From Syncephalis fuscata S228 (lineage: Eukaryota > Fungi > Zoopagomycota), in the NCBI GenBank assembly GCA_025786725.1, contig JAHLTZ010000011.1:496001-560000 (forward strand): a stretch of 64,000 nt of DNA, written 5' to 3'. The notes under the pieces were generated by a model. It did not search any database. It saw nothing but the letters and a program-made list of their open reading frames with translations, and had not been told where the DNA came from. A program made the position numbers and the translations under genes. Below are positions 39,571-52,981 of the stretch, piece by piece. Positions within the stretch are counted from its first letter, which is position 1. Each line of letters begins with the position of its first letter.

Positions 39571-42104
39571 ATTATTAGTGTTGCACTGTAATGTGCTGAT
39601 TGAATGAAATTTAAATCAATATAAATTGTACACTCGACTTGATAACATTTCGTTTTGTTTATGTATTTTAATGCTCCATTGTAAGCAGTAAATTCAAATT
39701 CTTCTTACATGCATTGTATTCATGTTTTAGCAATATAGAATGAAGTGACTTGATCACATGTTATGACCTCTATTATGCTGACATTCTCTTAACCTAGGCC
39801 AGTATATGGCACAACTGCTGCGATGTTAAAGAAAGTACGGTACATTTAATAGATAATTATTTGAACCAACTTATCTAATAATAGCACATTAATAGTATAT
39901 AATATATTTTACTCTTGAATCATAATAAAGTAAAATGAATAAAAATAAAAACATCCACAGTTATTATCAAACGACATAGTTGATTTAATAAACATATTGC
40001 TACTTACAAATATTAAAAACAATGCGTGTTTGAAATGTATAATGGTAAAATAAATAACTAGAAAATAGCTAGTCGATGATTTGTTACAAACACTGACATC
40101 AATTATATTAATAAAGTAGGGAAAGCAACAGAGAAACAAGACTATTAACAGAATAGCATTCGATTATCACTGAATACATACTAAAATGCGTTTAAAGTGG
40201 AAACACAAAAGAAACAAATCAATGAGCATAATAGTAAAACAAAAAGTATCATATCAAGATCCAATATAATCATGAAAATAGCTTTCAATACAGAATAGAA
40301 AGTGAAATGATGCTTTACAAATTAGATTAAATAAATATCAAATTGGATTGAAATGCGCATATAAATGTCAAACTGCTTCATAAACAGGCTATGCTTAGCG
40401 CTGGAACATTCAATTTAGATGTATTGTATCTGCAGTTCGCCATGTCATTTCATTTAATCCAAAGGCCTTGTTCGCTACAAGTAAACATATCTTTGTTCAG
40501 TTTTATTCCCATCATGTCAACGCAAAATAGCAACACACTACCAAAGATATGGCAAGTTGTCGAGATGCTTCATCATATATCACTCTTGAGTGAACCATCT
40601 GCCACACTTGCTTTGGCATGCACTTGCAAACTACTTTATAATTCCATTACAAGCTACAATAGTTTTTGGCACAAATTGTATCAACAGAATTTCCTCGTGA
40701 TATCAACACTGCCATTGACTGGTCAGAATGGCAGTTAGAACAAGAGCAAAAAGTAGAGACTACAGAAACGGATGCTAAAATAAACTTGAATCAAAACTTA
40801 CTTGGTTTCAACGATATAATCAGCGTATCGGCATGTGCTTAAACTGACAAAATAACAAACCAGCATCAATGGTTCATATAGAATCTTTTAATGTAGATAT
40901 ACTAGCACTAATACAACTTTCTAATCGATTAACTACGGAAGCTTATCCTAGCCGGTTTGCAATAGTAAGTCCTGACAGTTTGCGAGTCGACTTGCTTAAA
41001 CTCTCGCGAAAGAACATAGTCGATATTAATATTTTAAATCTGAATAAAAACATGTAGAAATGGTAAGCATAAAATTTTACCAACATTGCCAACAAGCAAA
41101 TGGCAGTGATAATGGTATGCGCGTAATTCTATACTTATCACTTTGAATGGTGCGCAAATGAACTTTAAATATGGAATGCAAATAATCGTCAACTGCTGGA
41201 GTCTATCAATTCCGATAATCATTGGGACCGTAGAATTATAGGCACATTTTTGATGTTTGGTAGATTTCAGTGCAGGTACAACACCCAGATACTCTATAGC
41301 GGCTTTTCAAAAACAAATTACGTGAACCTCAGCCCTTAGTGTCTTGAGTATTGTAACAGGGATATTTTAAAAATACACACGACGTACAACAGTGAAATGG
41401 CTCTTTTGCAATATTATAATCATGAAAACAAAATATGTGCAAAATAAGCCGCGTGCCATTGATGTCCGATGCCGATTAATTATGACCGATTATGGCACGA
41501 CACAAATGACTACAATTATTTCGAATAGTTTCACGCTACCTGATTCCAGTTGTGCAGGACAGCTGAACTTTTACTCAATCGATCACAATCGTACATTATT
41601 CCACTTCAGAGGTTTGTTAGTTAGGATATGGCAGATAACAATGGAATAAAATGGAAAAGTTGTATTAAAATAATAGCTTTAAGCAAAGGTATTGTTCAGA
41701 ACATAACTAGCTAAAAACAAATTTGATGCTGTTACGGATGATGTGGATATTCATCCATTTCCAATACTAGCAATAAAGCATTGTACAGTTGTATACGGAC
41801 ATATGATATTGATGTCTAAAGATACAACACACAGTACAAGCTTTGTGCCTGAATTAAATTAAGTTTATTAAATAAACATCAATAATGACAACAAAATTAA
41901 ACAATTATTTTTAATTAAACTGTGCATTTAGTATGGAATATTTATAATGATCCAAAGTAAATTGCAATCAACATATTGGTAGATGTAATAAACAATATAA
42001 ACAAAAAAGAATAGTCACTCTGCATCAATGATCGATGTAATCATAAGACATGCCAACTCTCAGCACATTATAGAAAATAAGCAATAACATACATAATAAA
42101 TAAA
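39571..42104 (+). repeat. Dispersed repeat copy B (~2.5 kb) carrying an F-box-like pseudogene
   Basis: Near-identical over full length to the inverted copy 60555-63084. Confidence 0.9.
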
Positions 42105-42704
42105 TTAATAAAGACTACCAAAGTAATATTTTAGTAACTTTTATTTTAATAAATAGCTTTATTTAGTTATTGGAAGTAGAAAAGTTGTTTATTTTATGTT
42201 TGGCCGGTAGTATTAAGTGTTTATAATACTATCGACCGTTAAATGAAGGACAAATAAAAAGGACCCTGATGGGAAAAAACCTTCAAGTACAATGAAGCTT
42301 AAATTGAATTTTGTTGATTTATGTAATTTGGTCAAATAGTAACAATATAATAATAAAAGTCCATCAAACTTAAAACTAAAAAGCTAGCCATTCATACAAC
42401 TGACATAAATAGTTCTTTTGTTTTTTTAATGCTTATTATTTGAATTTATGTCATGTGCCGTGGCTTTTGCAAGTCTACAGTATTATAAAGACAAAAAGGA
42501 AATGTTGCCACATATAATAACAATGGTATATTGTAGTACAAAAATAAATAGTTAAAATAGATGAATATTTAAATAAGTAAAAGTAGGGTAATAAATAAAA
42601 AAGCTTATTATTTTATATATTTATTAAATAAATATATAGTTATTCTGCTGAGTAAACGTAAATAGTGCTAAAGAATATTGATATTAACATGAATGAATAA
42701 AATG

Positions 42705-44210
42705 CTAGACAGCTGCAGTTGCTGCTTTGATGGCAAGCTTACGCATGGAGCTGATAACCATGCGATTGCATTCGTAAAAGCTATGATATGTATAGTTTAA
42801 GCTGTGTTTTTTACACAACTCAATAACAAATGGCTGAATACTACGTAGACGGTGTCGTGGCAATTGCGGGAAAAGGTGGTGAAGCGCTTGAAATTGCAGA
42901 CCGCCGTGGAACCAATCGAGCCACCATGGACAATCAACGTCCATTGTGGTGCGTAGCTGACGAGCGGCAAAACACTCGTCTTCTGGCCCTTCATCGGCCG
43001 GCATACCAAAATGCGACAAAGTGATTTGTACATGTAGTATACTTGTGCCGACAAAAGACACTAGTACGTGTAACAAACGAGTAGTGGTATCTGGCAGCAG
43101 AGAAAGGAAATAGGAATACCATACCCAGTAGCAACATTGTAGGGCAATCTCTATGTTGCGACGGTAACCTTTGGGCTCAAAGGCTAAATATAGCCAGCCT
43201 TGTACAAAAAGATTAAATCGTCCAAATGCCAAAATGACATAGTAGAGATAGTGTTGAACCTGGGCAAAAAGACGCCACACACGATTCCAACGTAGGACCT
43301 TATTGTGATAAGAAGAGTAAACTGAGCCAAAAAAGCTTTCGCTGAGTGCGAAGAATGGCACAAGTTGAATATCGGGATCGTGTTCTGGATGGTTAGTAAT
43401 AATGTGGTGTACATTATGCGACTTTTTCCACCATCCAATACTGAGGCCTCCCATGCCGCAGGCTAGGAATGCACCCAAAAGATAGTCAATGTTGCGGCGG
43501 TGCGTAATGCCATTATGGCCAGCATCGTGCACGACAAAGGAAGCTTGGTGCCAAAACATGGCCAAGACAATGGCACTCGCTAGCCATGCATATTCGAATG
43601 GCCTGGCCACACCAAGATAGATGGCCGTGCCGAAAAACAATACCTGGCGAGCAAACTCCCAAGCATAGGCGGAATAGTGCGTTGTAAAGTAGCCTTCGTT
43701 GTGTAGACGGTCATTAAGTAGTCGAAAGTCTTTTGAAATGGCTTCGTAATCTGGTGATACTGGCATTTTAGTATTGCGATTTTCGTCTTTGCTTTTCGAT
43801 CGAGCAGCACTTTTGCCCTTCTTCTTTTTTAACGTGGTAGGACGAGCACGAACCGTTGTTGTATCGCTACACGATACACTTTGGTCTTGACTGGTGGGTT
43901 TCAAAAAAGTGCCAACGCAGAAGCGAGGCACCATTCGTTGCAGTACATCTTCTGGATGCATTACACGCATAACATCAGTGGCATCACGACCAATGAGTTG
44001 CTGAACGGCCAATTCGCCTCCAGGGTGACTTGGCAGCCAGCGGGTCATATCGTAAACACCGCCATTGTAAATAAACACAACGCGGCCATCTTGAACCGCT
44101 TCATTAATCTGCGTTTGCGTCCATACACGCTGACGAAGTTTTACAACACGCTTTGTACATGGTGTCTCTGTTACTGCTTCTACTCCAGCTTCAATATATT
44201 GTGGTGGCAT
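42705..44210 (-). CDS. Cytochrome b5-fused front-end desaturase, most like sphingolipid delta-8 desaturase (intronless)
   Basis: HPGG haem motif; His boxes HDAGH, HNVHH and QALHHLFP; HVQITLSHF, DWFHGGLQFQ. Confidence 0.9.
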   Translation of the reverse strand: MPPQYIEAGVEAVTETPCTKRVVKLRQRVWTQTQINEAVQDGRVVFIYNGGVYDMTRWLPSHPGGELAVQQLIGRDATDVMRVMHPEDVLQRMVPRFCVGTFLKPTSQDQSVSCSDTTTVRARPTTLKKKKGKSAARSKSKDENRNTKMPVSPDYEAISKDFRLLNDRLHNEGYFTTHYSAYAWEFARQVLFFGTAIYLGVARPFEYAWLASAIVLAMFWHQASFVVHDAGHNGITHRRNIDYLLGAFLACGMGGLSIGWWKKSHNVHHIITNHPEHDPDIQLVPFFALSESFFGSVYSSYHNKVLRWNRVWRLFAQVQHYLYYVILAFGRFNLFVQGWLYLAFEPKGYRRNIEIALQCCYWVWYSYFLSLLPDTTTRLLHVLVSFVGTSILHVQITLSHFGMPADEGPEDECFAARQLRTTMDVDCPWWLDWFHGGLQFQALHHLFPQLPRHRLRSIQPFVIELCKKHSLNYTYHSFYECNRMVISSMRKLAIKAATAAV

Positions 44211-45404
44211 GCCGTTATGGCGTTCAGATCAAGTTGAAAACTACGTGACAACTGATGTGGAATAGTTGTAATAAATACGCAGCAATATTAATTTTATTAT
44301 AGTTAAAATAATAAATAAATCTTACATGGGATGGTGTAGAATTGAATGCTGAAAAAGAAACTTGCACAATTGAAAATGAATAGATCAAGAACAATCAATA
44401 AATGGCATAACCAGGAAGAAAACGCGTTACTGAAGAGAGGTGGCATCAGTGGTGTATAATCGTTTATTTATATAGTATCACAACTTGTACAGGACCAGTT
44501 ACGACCGTTGCCATCCTCAATCATTTGACACACCGCTCAAGGTTAAGTTTGAATGGGGAAACAAAGAACTTTTGTTGTATCATTGTTTCAAACTGTTGAT
44601 GAAAATAGACGCTGACTGTTGGCCAATTGTCATAAGACAGAAAGGCTGCAGTAACAACAAAATAGGCCCATTACCATGTGGAATTACTCTTTACATAAAG
44701 CCATTTGCACGAGTGTGTTACTCTGCAAGCGTGTTACTTCGCTGAAGCACAAGACTAGTGCCAGAAGATTGTTCTTTTTTTGGATCAAAGGTCCACTACC
44801 GTTTCCATTCGAATAGTCATTATGGAACATCTGACCAATCAGAGTGGCAGCTGATAAGCTAACGTAGATCTGAATTAATTTTTACACATACACAGCGCCA
44901 AGAAATTTGGCATAAATGGAGCTATAGATAGCACATACCCAACAAAATATTTATGGTAATTTATTCCCGCGCTTAATAGCAAAACAACAGTTATCGTATT
45001 TCTGGGATATTCCAGCTAGATCTGCTGTAAACAAGCTTATAATTGGCTAGTAGCATATCAGCTGATACACTGCCTTAACGGTGCCAAACATCGCGCCTAC
45101 ATGAGACGTTTCGTGACTTGTTTCCTAATGCTTCCTTGATGGCGTATCATGCCCCAGTAAACAATTGGTACAGAGGCCGTTTGGTACAACGTCAAATAGT
45201 AGAAAATAATTATCAAAAATTACTTTTTGGTGTCACGAATAAAGTCTTCAAAATAGATACCTGTATTGCGCGACAGGCAGATAGCCTGGCAGTAGACACG
45301 GTATTAGTGCACACGATATTAATAGAAGAGTTACATTTTATTAGCACTTCAGTTGTATAGTTTGACCATTCATTAAATAGCAAGTATTAATTAGCGTTGG
45401 TTGT

Positions 45405-46211
45405 TTAGTCAAATGTTACTTTAGTGCCTTCAAATGGTACGGCGGCCATTGGACCACGCAGTGGTGCAGGTGGTGCCAGTGGCGTGGCTGTCTCGCCTTT
45501 TCGACGCTTTCGACGGCTTTGTCGTTCCGGTTCATCAACTGACATGGCAGATGATGCTGTCGCTTGATGATCAGCAGTTGCATTGTCATGGTGGTCAGCA
45601 GTTGCGTTTTCATGCTGCTCGCTTGCATGCTCGTGTTCATCATCTCGCTTCTGACGTTTTGTTAGGCCTTTAGGATCGTGGATCCATGGAGCACCCCGTT
45701 TAACTGCTTCGCCTGACCCATATTCAACACGTAACAGGCGGCCTTGTAGGTAATGGCTCTTAGGTGATTCGACAGCTGCCTTGGCACTTTCAAGTTCCAT
45801 ATAATCAATATAGGCAAAGCTAATAAACTTTGTTAGCATAATCTAATAGTATGTCGCTGACATTTACCTACCCTTTGCATTTACCCGTATCTTCAAACGT
45901 CATTAAACGAACTTTACGCAGTTTACCAAAGGGTGAAAACAGTTTTTGCATATCGATTTTAGTTGCGTCAAATGGCAAATTACCAACAAATAACGTCACT
46001 GCCGGTGGATTGGCTTGACGTTGACGTTGATTACCGCGTGGTCGAGCGCCATCCATCTCCGTTGGGACTTTTCTTTAAGCGGTGTTTTTTTGACAAAATC
46101 ATTGGCGTTTTTAATTAACACTTTACGGCCATCAAGCATCATTTCACTTTGTGCTATAGCAACCTCTACTTCCTTTTCCGTCTCAAAATCAACATAAGCA
46201 AATCTAATAAA

Positions 46212-46245
<34 letters not shown>

Positions 46246-46733
46246 GACATTAATAGCAGTTGATCTGTTACTTACCCTCGATTGGTACCAGGCCGTGAAC
46301 TAGGTAAATGGACCCGTGTAGGCTTGCCGCAAGTACTGAAAAAGTTTGTAAGCATCTTTTTATCGGTGGCATATGTTAAATTGCCTATCCATACGCCGTG
46401 TTGTGAGCGTTTTGGTTTAGCAGCAGCATCTTTTTCCGCTTTGCTCTCTTTGTCAGTACTCTTGGCTATCATTTCTTCTTTCTTTTTTAGCCGGCGCTGC
46501 TTACGAGATAGCGGTGCATCTGCTTCCAAGTTTACTGCCATTAAGTCATTATCGTCGCTATCTTCTTTGTGATTGCTTTGTATAGTATCGTCAGTCGCTT
46601 CTTTATTTTCTTCTTTGCAATCTTCCTCGTCGTCTGAATTCTTCACCACGTCCATTACGTCCTTTGGACATTCTTCCTCCTCCTTCTCCTCCCGGTGCTT
46701 TTTAATCTTCTTTTCCTTTTTATCTTTTCCCAT
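45405..46733 (-). CDS. Nucleolar two-RRM RNA-binding protein (Nop13-like)
   Basis: K/E-rich N-terminus; RRM1 GVWIGNL...NRGFAYVDF; RRM2 TLFVGNLPF...GKCKGFAYIDY; ends FEGTKVTFD. One intron holds an (ATT)n tract. Confidence 0.85.
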
Positions 46734-47499
46734 TCTTGCGTCTAATCTGTTTTGTACTAAGATAGAAGAAACAAAAAATAAAAATAAAAATAAAAAACTA
46801 GCTTTCCTTTTTCTTAAAACAGCTTAAAGCCAAACTAGTTTGAGCTAGATCAACTCGTTTCAAATCAATTTATGGCACAACAATGCTACTGATGATCGTA
46901 GATTTATTATCCAGTATGCATGTATCCAGTATGCATATATCATCTTTATTGTATATTTATACTAACATATATTATTATATGACACGATAGCTACATTTTA
47001 TTGCTTATAAACACTAATACGCTTTATTCATTATACTCATAAGCTATATTATATTATTCTATATATGACATGAATAAAAATTTAAACTTTATGGCAAATA
47101 GCATGTATATAGTATATCATATAATGATATATAATAGTATGGGACATATTGAAAGCATTATAAGTAAATGGTGGATATATGCATACTGAATAATCAATCT
47201 ATATTGATGAGTATTTGATGATTGATGTCACTTATCACTCACCATTATGTTCAGTAGAATAAATGTCTAGTTCAATTACGCGAGTATTAGCAAACTTGAT
47301 CATCTAACCACCAAATTACAATATATCTAAATAATATAATCATTGATATGACTCGCTATCCAGCTCCATGTTTAATAAAGCAAATGTGTAGCTCAGTTAC
47401 GCGAATATTCAATGTATTTATTAACATCGATCATAAAAACTTATCGTTATGACACACGCACACTCATTCTCTTTTTTCATCAATCCTTCAAATTTCATC

Positions 47500-50027
47500 A
47501 TGACATCTCGCATCGTATCTCAAACGGAACGTCTTCGTGAAATCTTCAGCACGAACAACTCTCCTGGAGATGAATCACAGAATTCTAACAAACGCAAAGC
47601 AGTAGCCAAGGTGGGTAGATCCATAGATACTATATGTTAGATTGACACGCATATATATACAGGATGATGATATTGCGGCCGATTTCCGCTGGTTTTCCCA
47701 ATCTTCTCGTTACAGCACACCTATACGTGGTGCTAGCATGAATCTTGCCGGTAATGCCAAAGTAAGCATAACGACAGCTAAAATATATGCATTTAACAAT
47801 TATTATAGAATAAATTGATTGATTTCGGAACGCAGACATTCGGATCGGAGCCGGACTCGAGTCTCGTTGCTATTTCAAAGAAGCGATCTGCCAGCCTTAT
47901 GGAAGCTGTGGATCAGCAAGTGGCTGAAGACAGTTTAGGTTTAAATTTAAGCACGACCCTTCCATTCCATGCGCGTCGTCGAACTGCGGCAACGCCATCC
48001 ACAACACGAACACAAACACGATTTGGTCTTCTTCGCTCACCTGATGCCATAAGTCGCACTCGACCATTGACTACAGTCGTTCATTCGGCTAATATTATGC
48101 CGAGTAACAATCAAAATACAATGGCAAATTCCAGTAATAGTGAGTTAATTAAATAGCTTTATAACCCAACCTAGTAACTGACCAATGAATCATTTTAGTT
48201 CCTAATCTATTTGATCGTAATGGGACTTCAAGTCTTATAGAACGAATGGAATCGTCAGCATACCGTTCATCTTCGATGTCTCGCTGCGCAACGATTGTAA
48301 AGGTAAATTGCATTGTTTTGTTTAAAATAAAAGCACTAAACGATTAAAACTGGTATTAGCCTAAGAAAAAGACAGGCACTTTTCCTGAGCGTCCAATGGG
48401 CCTGCCAAGCACCAGCATGAATAGCAATAATGACCAAGACACGTCCAGCTATCTTAAACGACCACGCATTGCTTATTACGGTGCAGGCTGTCGAATGAAT
48501 GAGCCACCTATTAGTCGAGCACAAAGATTCGACGGCACCTTTGGTAAGAAATACAATAAGAATATCTTACTGGCCTATGCTACTCGTCGGAAGATCGAGT
48601 GCACGGAGGCAGTGATAGCATCGACTACTACTGATGAACCGAAGCAAGATAGTGCAAAATCTAAGGGGAAACAACCTGCAGGTAAGCTACATAACTGAGC
48701 GCATAATACGTATTACTGATAAAGACAACCAACCAACTATTAGCAGCTGCAGTGTCTGTTGATAGCAGTAACAATAAAGATAATGAAGATGATGCACCAC
48801 CTACGACTAGTATTGCTGCACAAACATTGCTAGGTGCCATTTATAAGGCAGCCGAGGCAGAGGTTGTAAGTAATTATAAATTGGCTAATTATAGATGCAA
48901 TATCTAACGCTATTACACTAGCCGGTGCCACTGCCAATTACTCCATATAACGTAGTTAACATGCCGCCTAAACTATCCTCGGCTGTACGTCAGCATCATG
49001 AACAGGTTGCCAAACGGGCTGCCGCTATGCCGCCGGTTGACGAATCTCCTTCAAAGCAAAAGAAAACTAAGATAGGTCGAGATTTATTGCTTGAACAAGC
49101 ACCCAAGGTAAGCAATATATAAATATACTATTATTTTATTATAACAATAATCGACCATAGGAAACTAAGGAACGATTTAATTTGAAGCGAAAGCCATCTG
49201 AAGAAGACGAGGTAACCTTGGACGAAGCAACATCAACAAAGAAAGCTGCTTTATCTACTTCTGCCATTCCAGCATTTACCGGTAAAGCAAAGGTAAGTTT
49301 TAACATCATTTGTAATAGGATCGATTTATTGACAAAAACATAATAGGACACTATTATAGCGGATGATAAGAGTACAGCTGTAGCCAAGGAATTGGCAGCT
49401 ACTGCTGGCGAAAAGACTGTCAAGGCCAACATTCCTACTGCGTTTACTGTGCCGCCAGCCATCGTGTCAAGTCCCGAACCAGCTGTTCTATCTACTACTC
49501 CTACGGCCACTGTCTCGCCACCCATTAATGTATCATCGTCTGTATTCCAACCGCCTATTTCTATTCCGTCTACTTCAGTTATTGCACCTATTGTACCATC
49601 TCCACGTTCGCCAGCATCCATTCGAAAAATGGTCAGTGAAGTAAGTATATATTGTCCATTATAAATACACGAATAGAGCAAGTTATTGACTTGCTGATAA
49701 TAGTGTTCGGCCTTGGAAATACCACGGTTCAGCTTCGATGATGCCAATTCATCTGCACCTAGCATGCCCAATGACCCAATAGCGACTAAGGTCCGCTCTA
49801 TGGCAGTATCGCAAGTTCCTCGCATTAGCTTTGAGCCATTTATAGCTGCGAAAGAGCTATTCATTCGCGAGTTGGAACACGACAAACGTCGAGCTGCATC
49901 GGCTGCAAAACATTCCCTTAATAGCTGTCGATTCACGCAATTGACTATACCGTCTAACTTGCCTCGTGTTGCTCAACGTGTCAAGGCGATGCCTCCAAAT
50001 ACGCTACCTGTCTTTCAATTTGTTTAA
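47500..50027 (+). CDS. Hypothetical S/T/P/A-rich, largely disordered protein with repeated C-terminal motif (multi-exon)
   Basis: Successive + strand ORFs joined by GT-AG introns; ends ...KAMPPNTLPVFQFV*. Confidence 0.65.
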
Positions 50028-50140
50028 CAAACTAGTACTGCATTATCATCAGTGAAATATGTATCATGACTATATGGTCCGTTTATTATATCATGTTACA
50101 TTAGCGGTTAAATATGTATGGAGCAATAAACATGTTTCGT

Positions 50141-51524
50141 TTAATTTGTAGTCAGCATTTGGTACATAGCAGCTGCTTCTTTTTCTTTAGAAAACTGCAA
50201 ACAAAATGTTTGCCACTCCACACGAAAATGAACCAGCTGTGGCGATGTTAAATCAAAAAACTGATCTTGAATAAGTGATCGTAATAATACACAAATCTAC
50301 ATATAGAGTTGTTAATTAGCTAACAAGCTAGTAATAGAGTACATCGACAGCTTACAAGACGTGCAGTGCGCTGTGCTGTTTCCTGGTTAGTCTGACGACT
50401 GCAAGTATCCATACAGGCGGACAAATAGGAGGCCATAAAATCTATATCTAATCGACGATGCTTTGCCAATTCCAAAACAATCTCTGCAATTCTTAAAGTA
50501 AATGGGGCTGCAGCCAGAATATCTAGATAGCTATTTAATGCATCATATAAATATGTAAATATGCAGATATATAGTAGCATATTATATTAGATAGTTTTTT
50601 ATTTAATTTACAAAGTGCACTACTTACATAAGACGCATCGTTTCCGCTTCAATACTAGTGGAGTCAACATCGATTGCAGGTGTATCGGCAGAAGATGTTG
50701 CTTCAATCAGTACTGCTTTTAACAAAACTATAGCAACTCGAGCATTGAATTCCATTAAACTGTGCCATTCACGAGTATCGATTTGAATTGCTTGATTAAT
50801 AGCATCTCGAGATAAATCGTTTGCTAAAGACTTTAATTCCTAATAAATATAACTATTAATATATTGGATACATTATAGAGGCAGATTTGCCAATGGTGTA
50901 ATAGTTGCACAACCAGCTTACCCGAAACTGCTGACTATTTAAAGGAGTTGTACAGGCTAGATTGATTAACGGTACTAATAGTTCAGCAGAGTTTTCAGCA
51001 ATCGACGATGGCTGTGTTATTGATGATAGGACTGGCGCTGTTTCGGATACAACAGACAATGATGCTATAGGTGGTGGTGGTGATAATGATGATGATGATG
51101 TCACATTACTTAATTGAACTAATGTCGATTGTAGGGCCAGTTGATTGTTACTTTCATTGTTGCTATCATGTTTATCATTATTATCGCTAATTGCAGCTAT
51201 TTTACGCTGCAGTTCCGCCATGGCTTGCGATACATCGTCCTGCGTTAAATCAAACGCCTCAAGCAAGCTATCATCCCACATAGGCAGCGGCATATGGATT
51301 GCCGGTGTTATCCAGGTTGGCTATGACGGATATTACCATGACTATTACTATCGTACAAGCGCACTATTCGAATAGCGTATAAACAATACCTTACTGGGGA
51401 ATAAGTTAAATAGAGGTGGCGGGAATGCACAAAGGTCCACGGCGGAAACGGATCGCGTGGCAGCACCGTTCACTTGCGCCGTACGGATTCTACGTGATTC
51501 TTGTCCATATTGGCGCCCTTCCAT
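50141..51524 (-). CDS. CNOT11: CCR4-NOT complex subunit 11-like
   Basis: PPP...W..P....WDD motif; C-terminal exons YLDIL...FMASYLSACMDTC...RTARLICVLLRSLI...QTFCLQFSKEKEAAAMYQML match the recalled CNOT11 C-terminal domain pattern. Confidence 0.75.
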
Positions 51525-52981
51525 GGTGACCGGTACACGGCCAAGTCGACGATTCCTATCACGATAAACTAAAGAAGAGGAAAGCGGAGGAAGAAGAAAA
51601 GGTAATTGTAAAAATGAAGTGATTACGTAGAACAAAAACTGAACACTAGGTTAAGAAAATATTTAAATTGGTATTTAGTGTTCAATCATTGTAAATGTTT
51701 GCGAATTGTAACATGATTGATGAAATGAATATTTTTACATTAAACAACCGACTATAATATCAAATGATTTTATTATTTCTGTATCTTGTATTTGCGTATT
51801 GGTGTGTGTATCGATAATATATGCAATTAAGAGTCGACTGATAGCGATTTGCTGCAGTACTCACATGGATAGCTGCACGCAACAAGCGAAAAAACTTGTA
51901 TTCACTTGTATTTGGTTTCGGCAAAAACGGAGATATGTACAACAACAGATCCCCATGAAATACGACGCTATTAGCTATCATTGCATTAAACAGCAGCATT
52001 GGCCTTGTTATCCATTACAATGGTAAAAATGACCGATACAAGGCAGTTCGGGTTGTTCTTGGTACTTGTCATGACTAGTGCCATGCTATTTAGTCTTTAT
52101 TTCAATCGTTGCTCTACATTTCATTGTTCCGGTGCCGATCACACAAACTTGTGATCATGCGTTTTAAACAAGTAATAAATAAAATACATCCATTAGTTGC
52201 TATCCATAATGGCTTTTTTAGTAATAGCAATGCTTGTCGCCAACTAAGCACTGCTGGCAGAATGTTTAAGCGCGTCAGCATTTAGACGTATTGTAAAAGA
52301 CTTGCCGTGCAAATAACCATCATAGCACGCTGTTGCCCAGACCCTTTAACCGGTTGAATGGCCCTTTATGGAAGTCATATTTGTCAGTAACCGAGTACCA
52401 TGTGTCTTCTTGTTAATGTCATGTGCAGCATGCTGCTCCAAAGAATGCCTGGAATGGCATTTGTGGCGCGTGTAAAGCTGCAAAGCCCTTGTTGAAATGT
52501 AGGCATTGTCGTATGGCCGCCCGCGCGACTGCAGGATGGCGACACTCCTACTGTTATTGAAAAGTCCATCAAGAGACGGCCAAATTCCATTTGCAAGTCT
52601 TCTTCTTCGCCATCCTCTACTCCATTGTTCTGCTTTTTATAGTTGGACCACGGTCAACTTACGAGTATTCTCTTTATCATCGCTGTTGGTATTTGTCTTG
52701 CTGCCATATAAGTGCAATTTTTTGACTAGAAAGTACATTCGTATTACTCGAATAGAACGCTTCCTTAGATATATACACCCCAACTAATTACCCGTCTTCT
52801 TTGTAGTTCGTATAGTATATTCAAATCATTTAATATTATATACATCTCGTTTACTACTTGAATTTTTTTATCCATTATTGTATTACCTTGACAAATCGTT
52901 TATAGTTCATTTTATTACAGAATAACTGTCCTTTTTCAACCACAAATTCTCGCTAAATTACTATACATTTATTATCTAAGT

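Noticed and set aside
51760-52787. Cluster of short ORFs between CNOT11 and the AIF-like gene
   Set aside because: No recognisable motifs or consistent exon chain; probably promoter/UTR or a decayed fragment.
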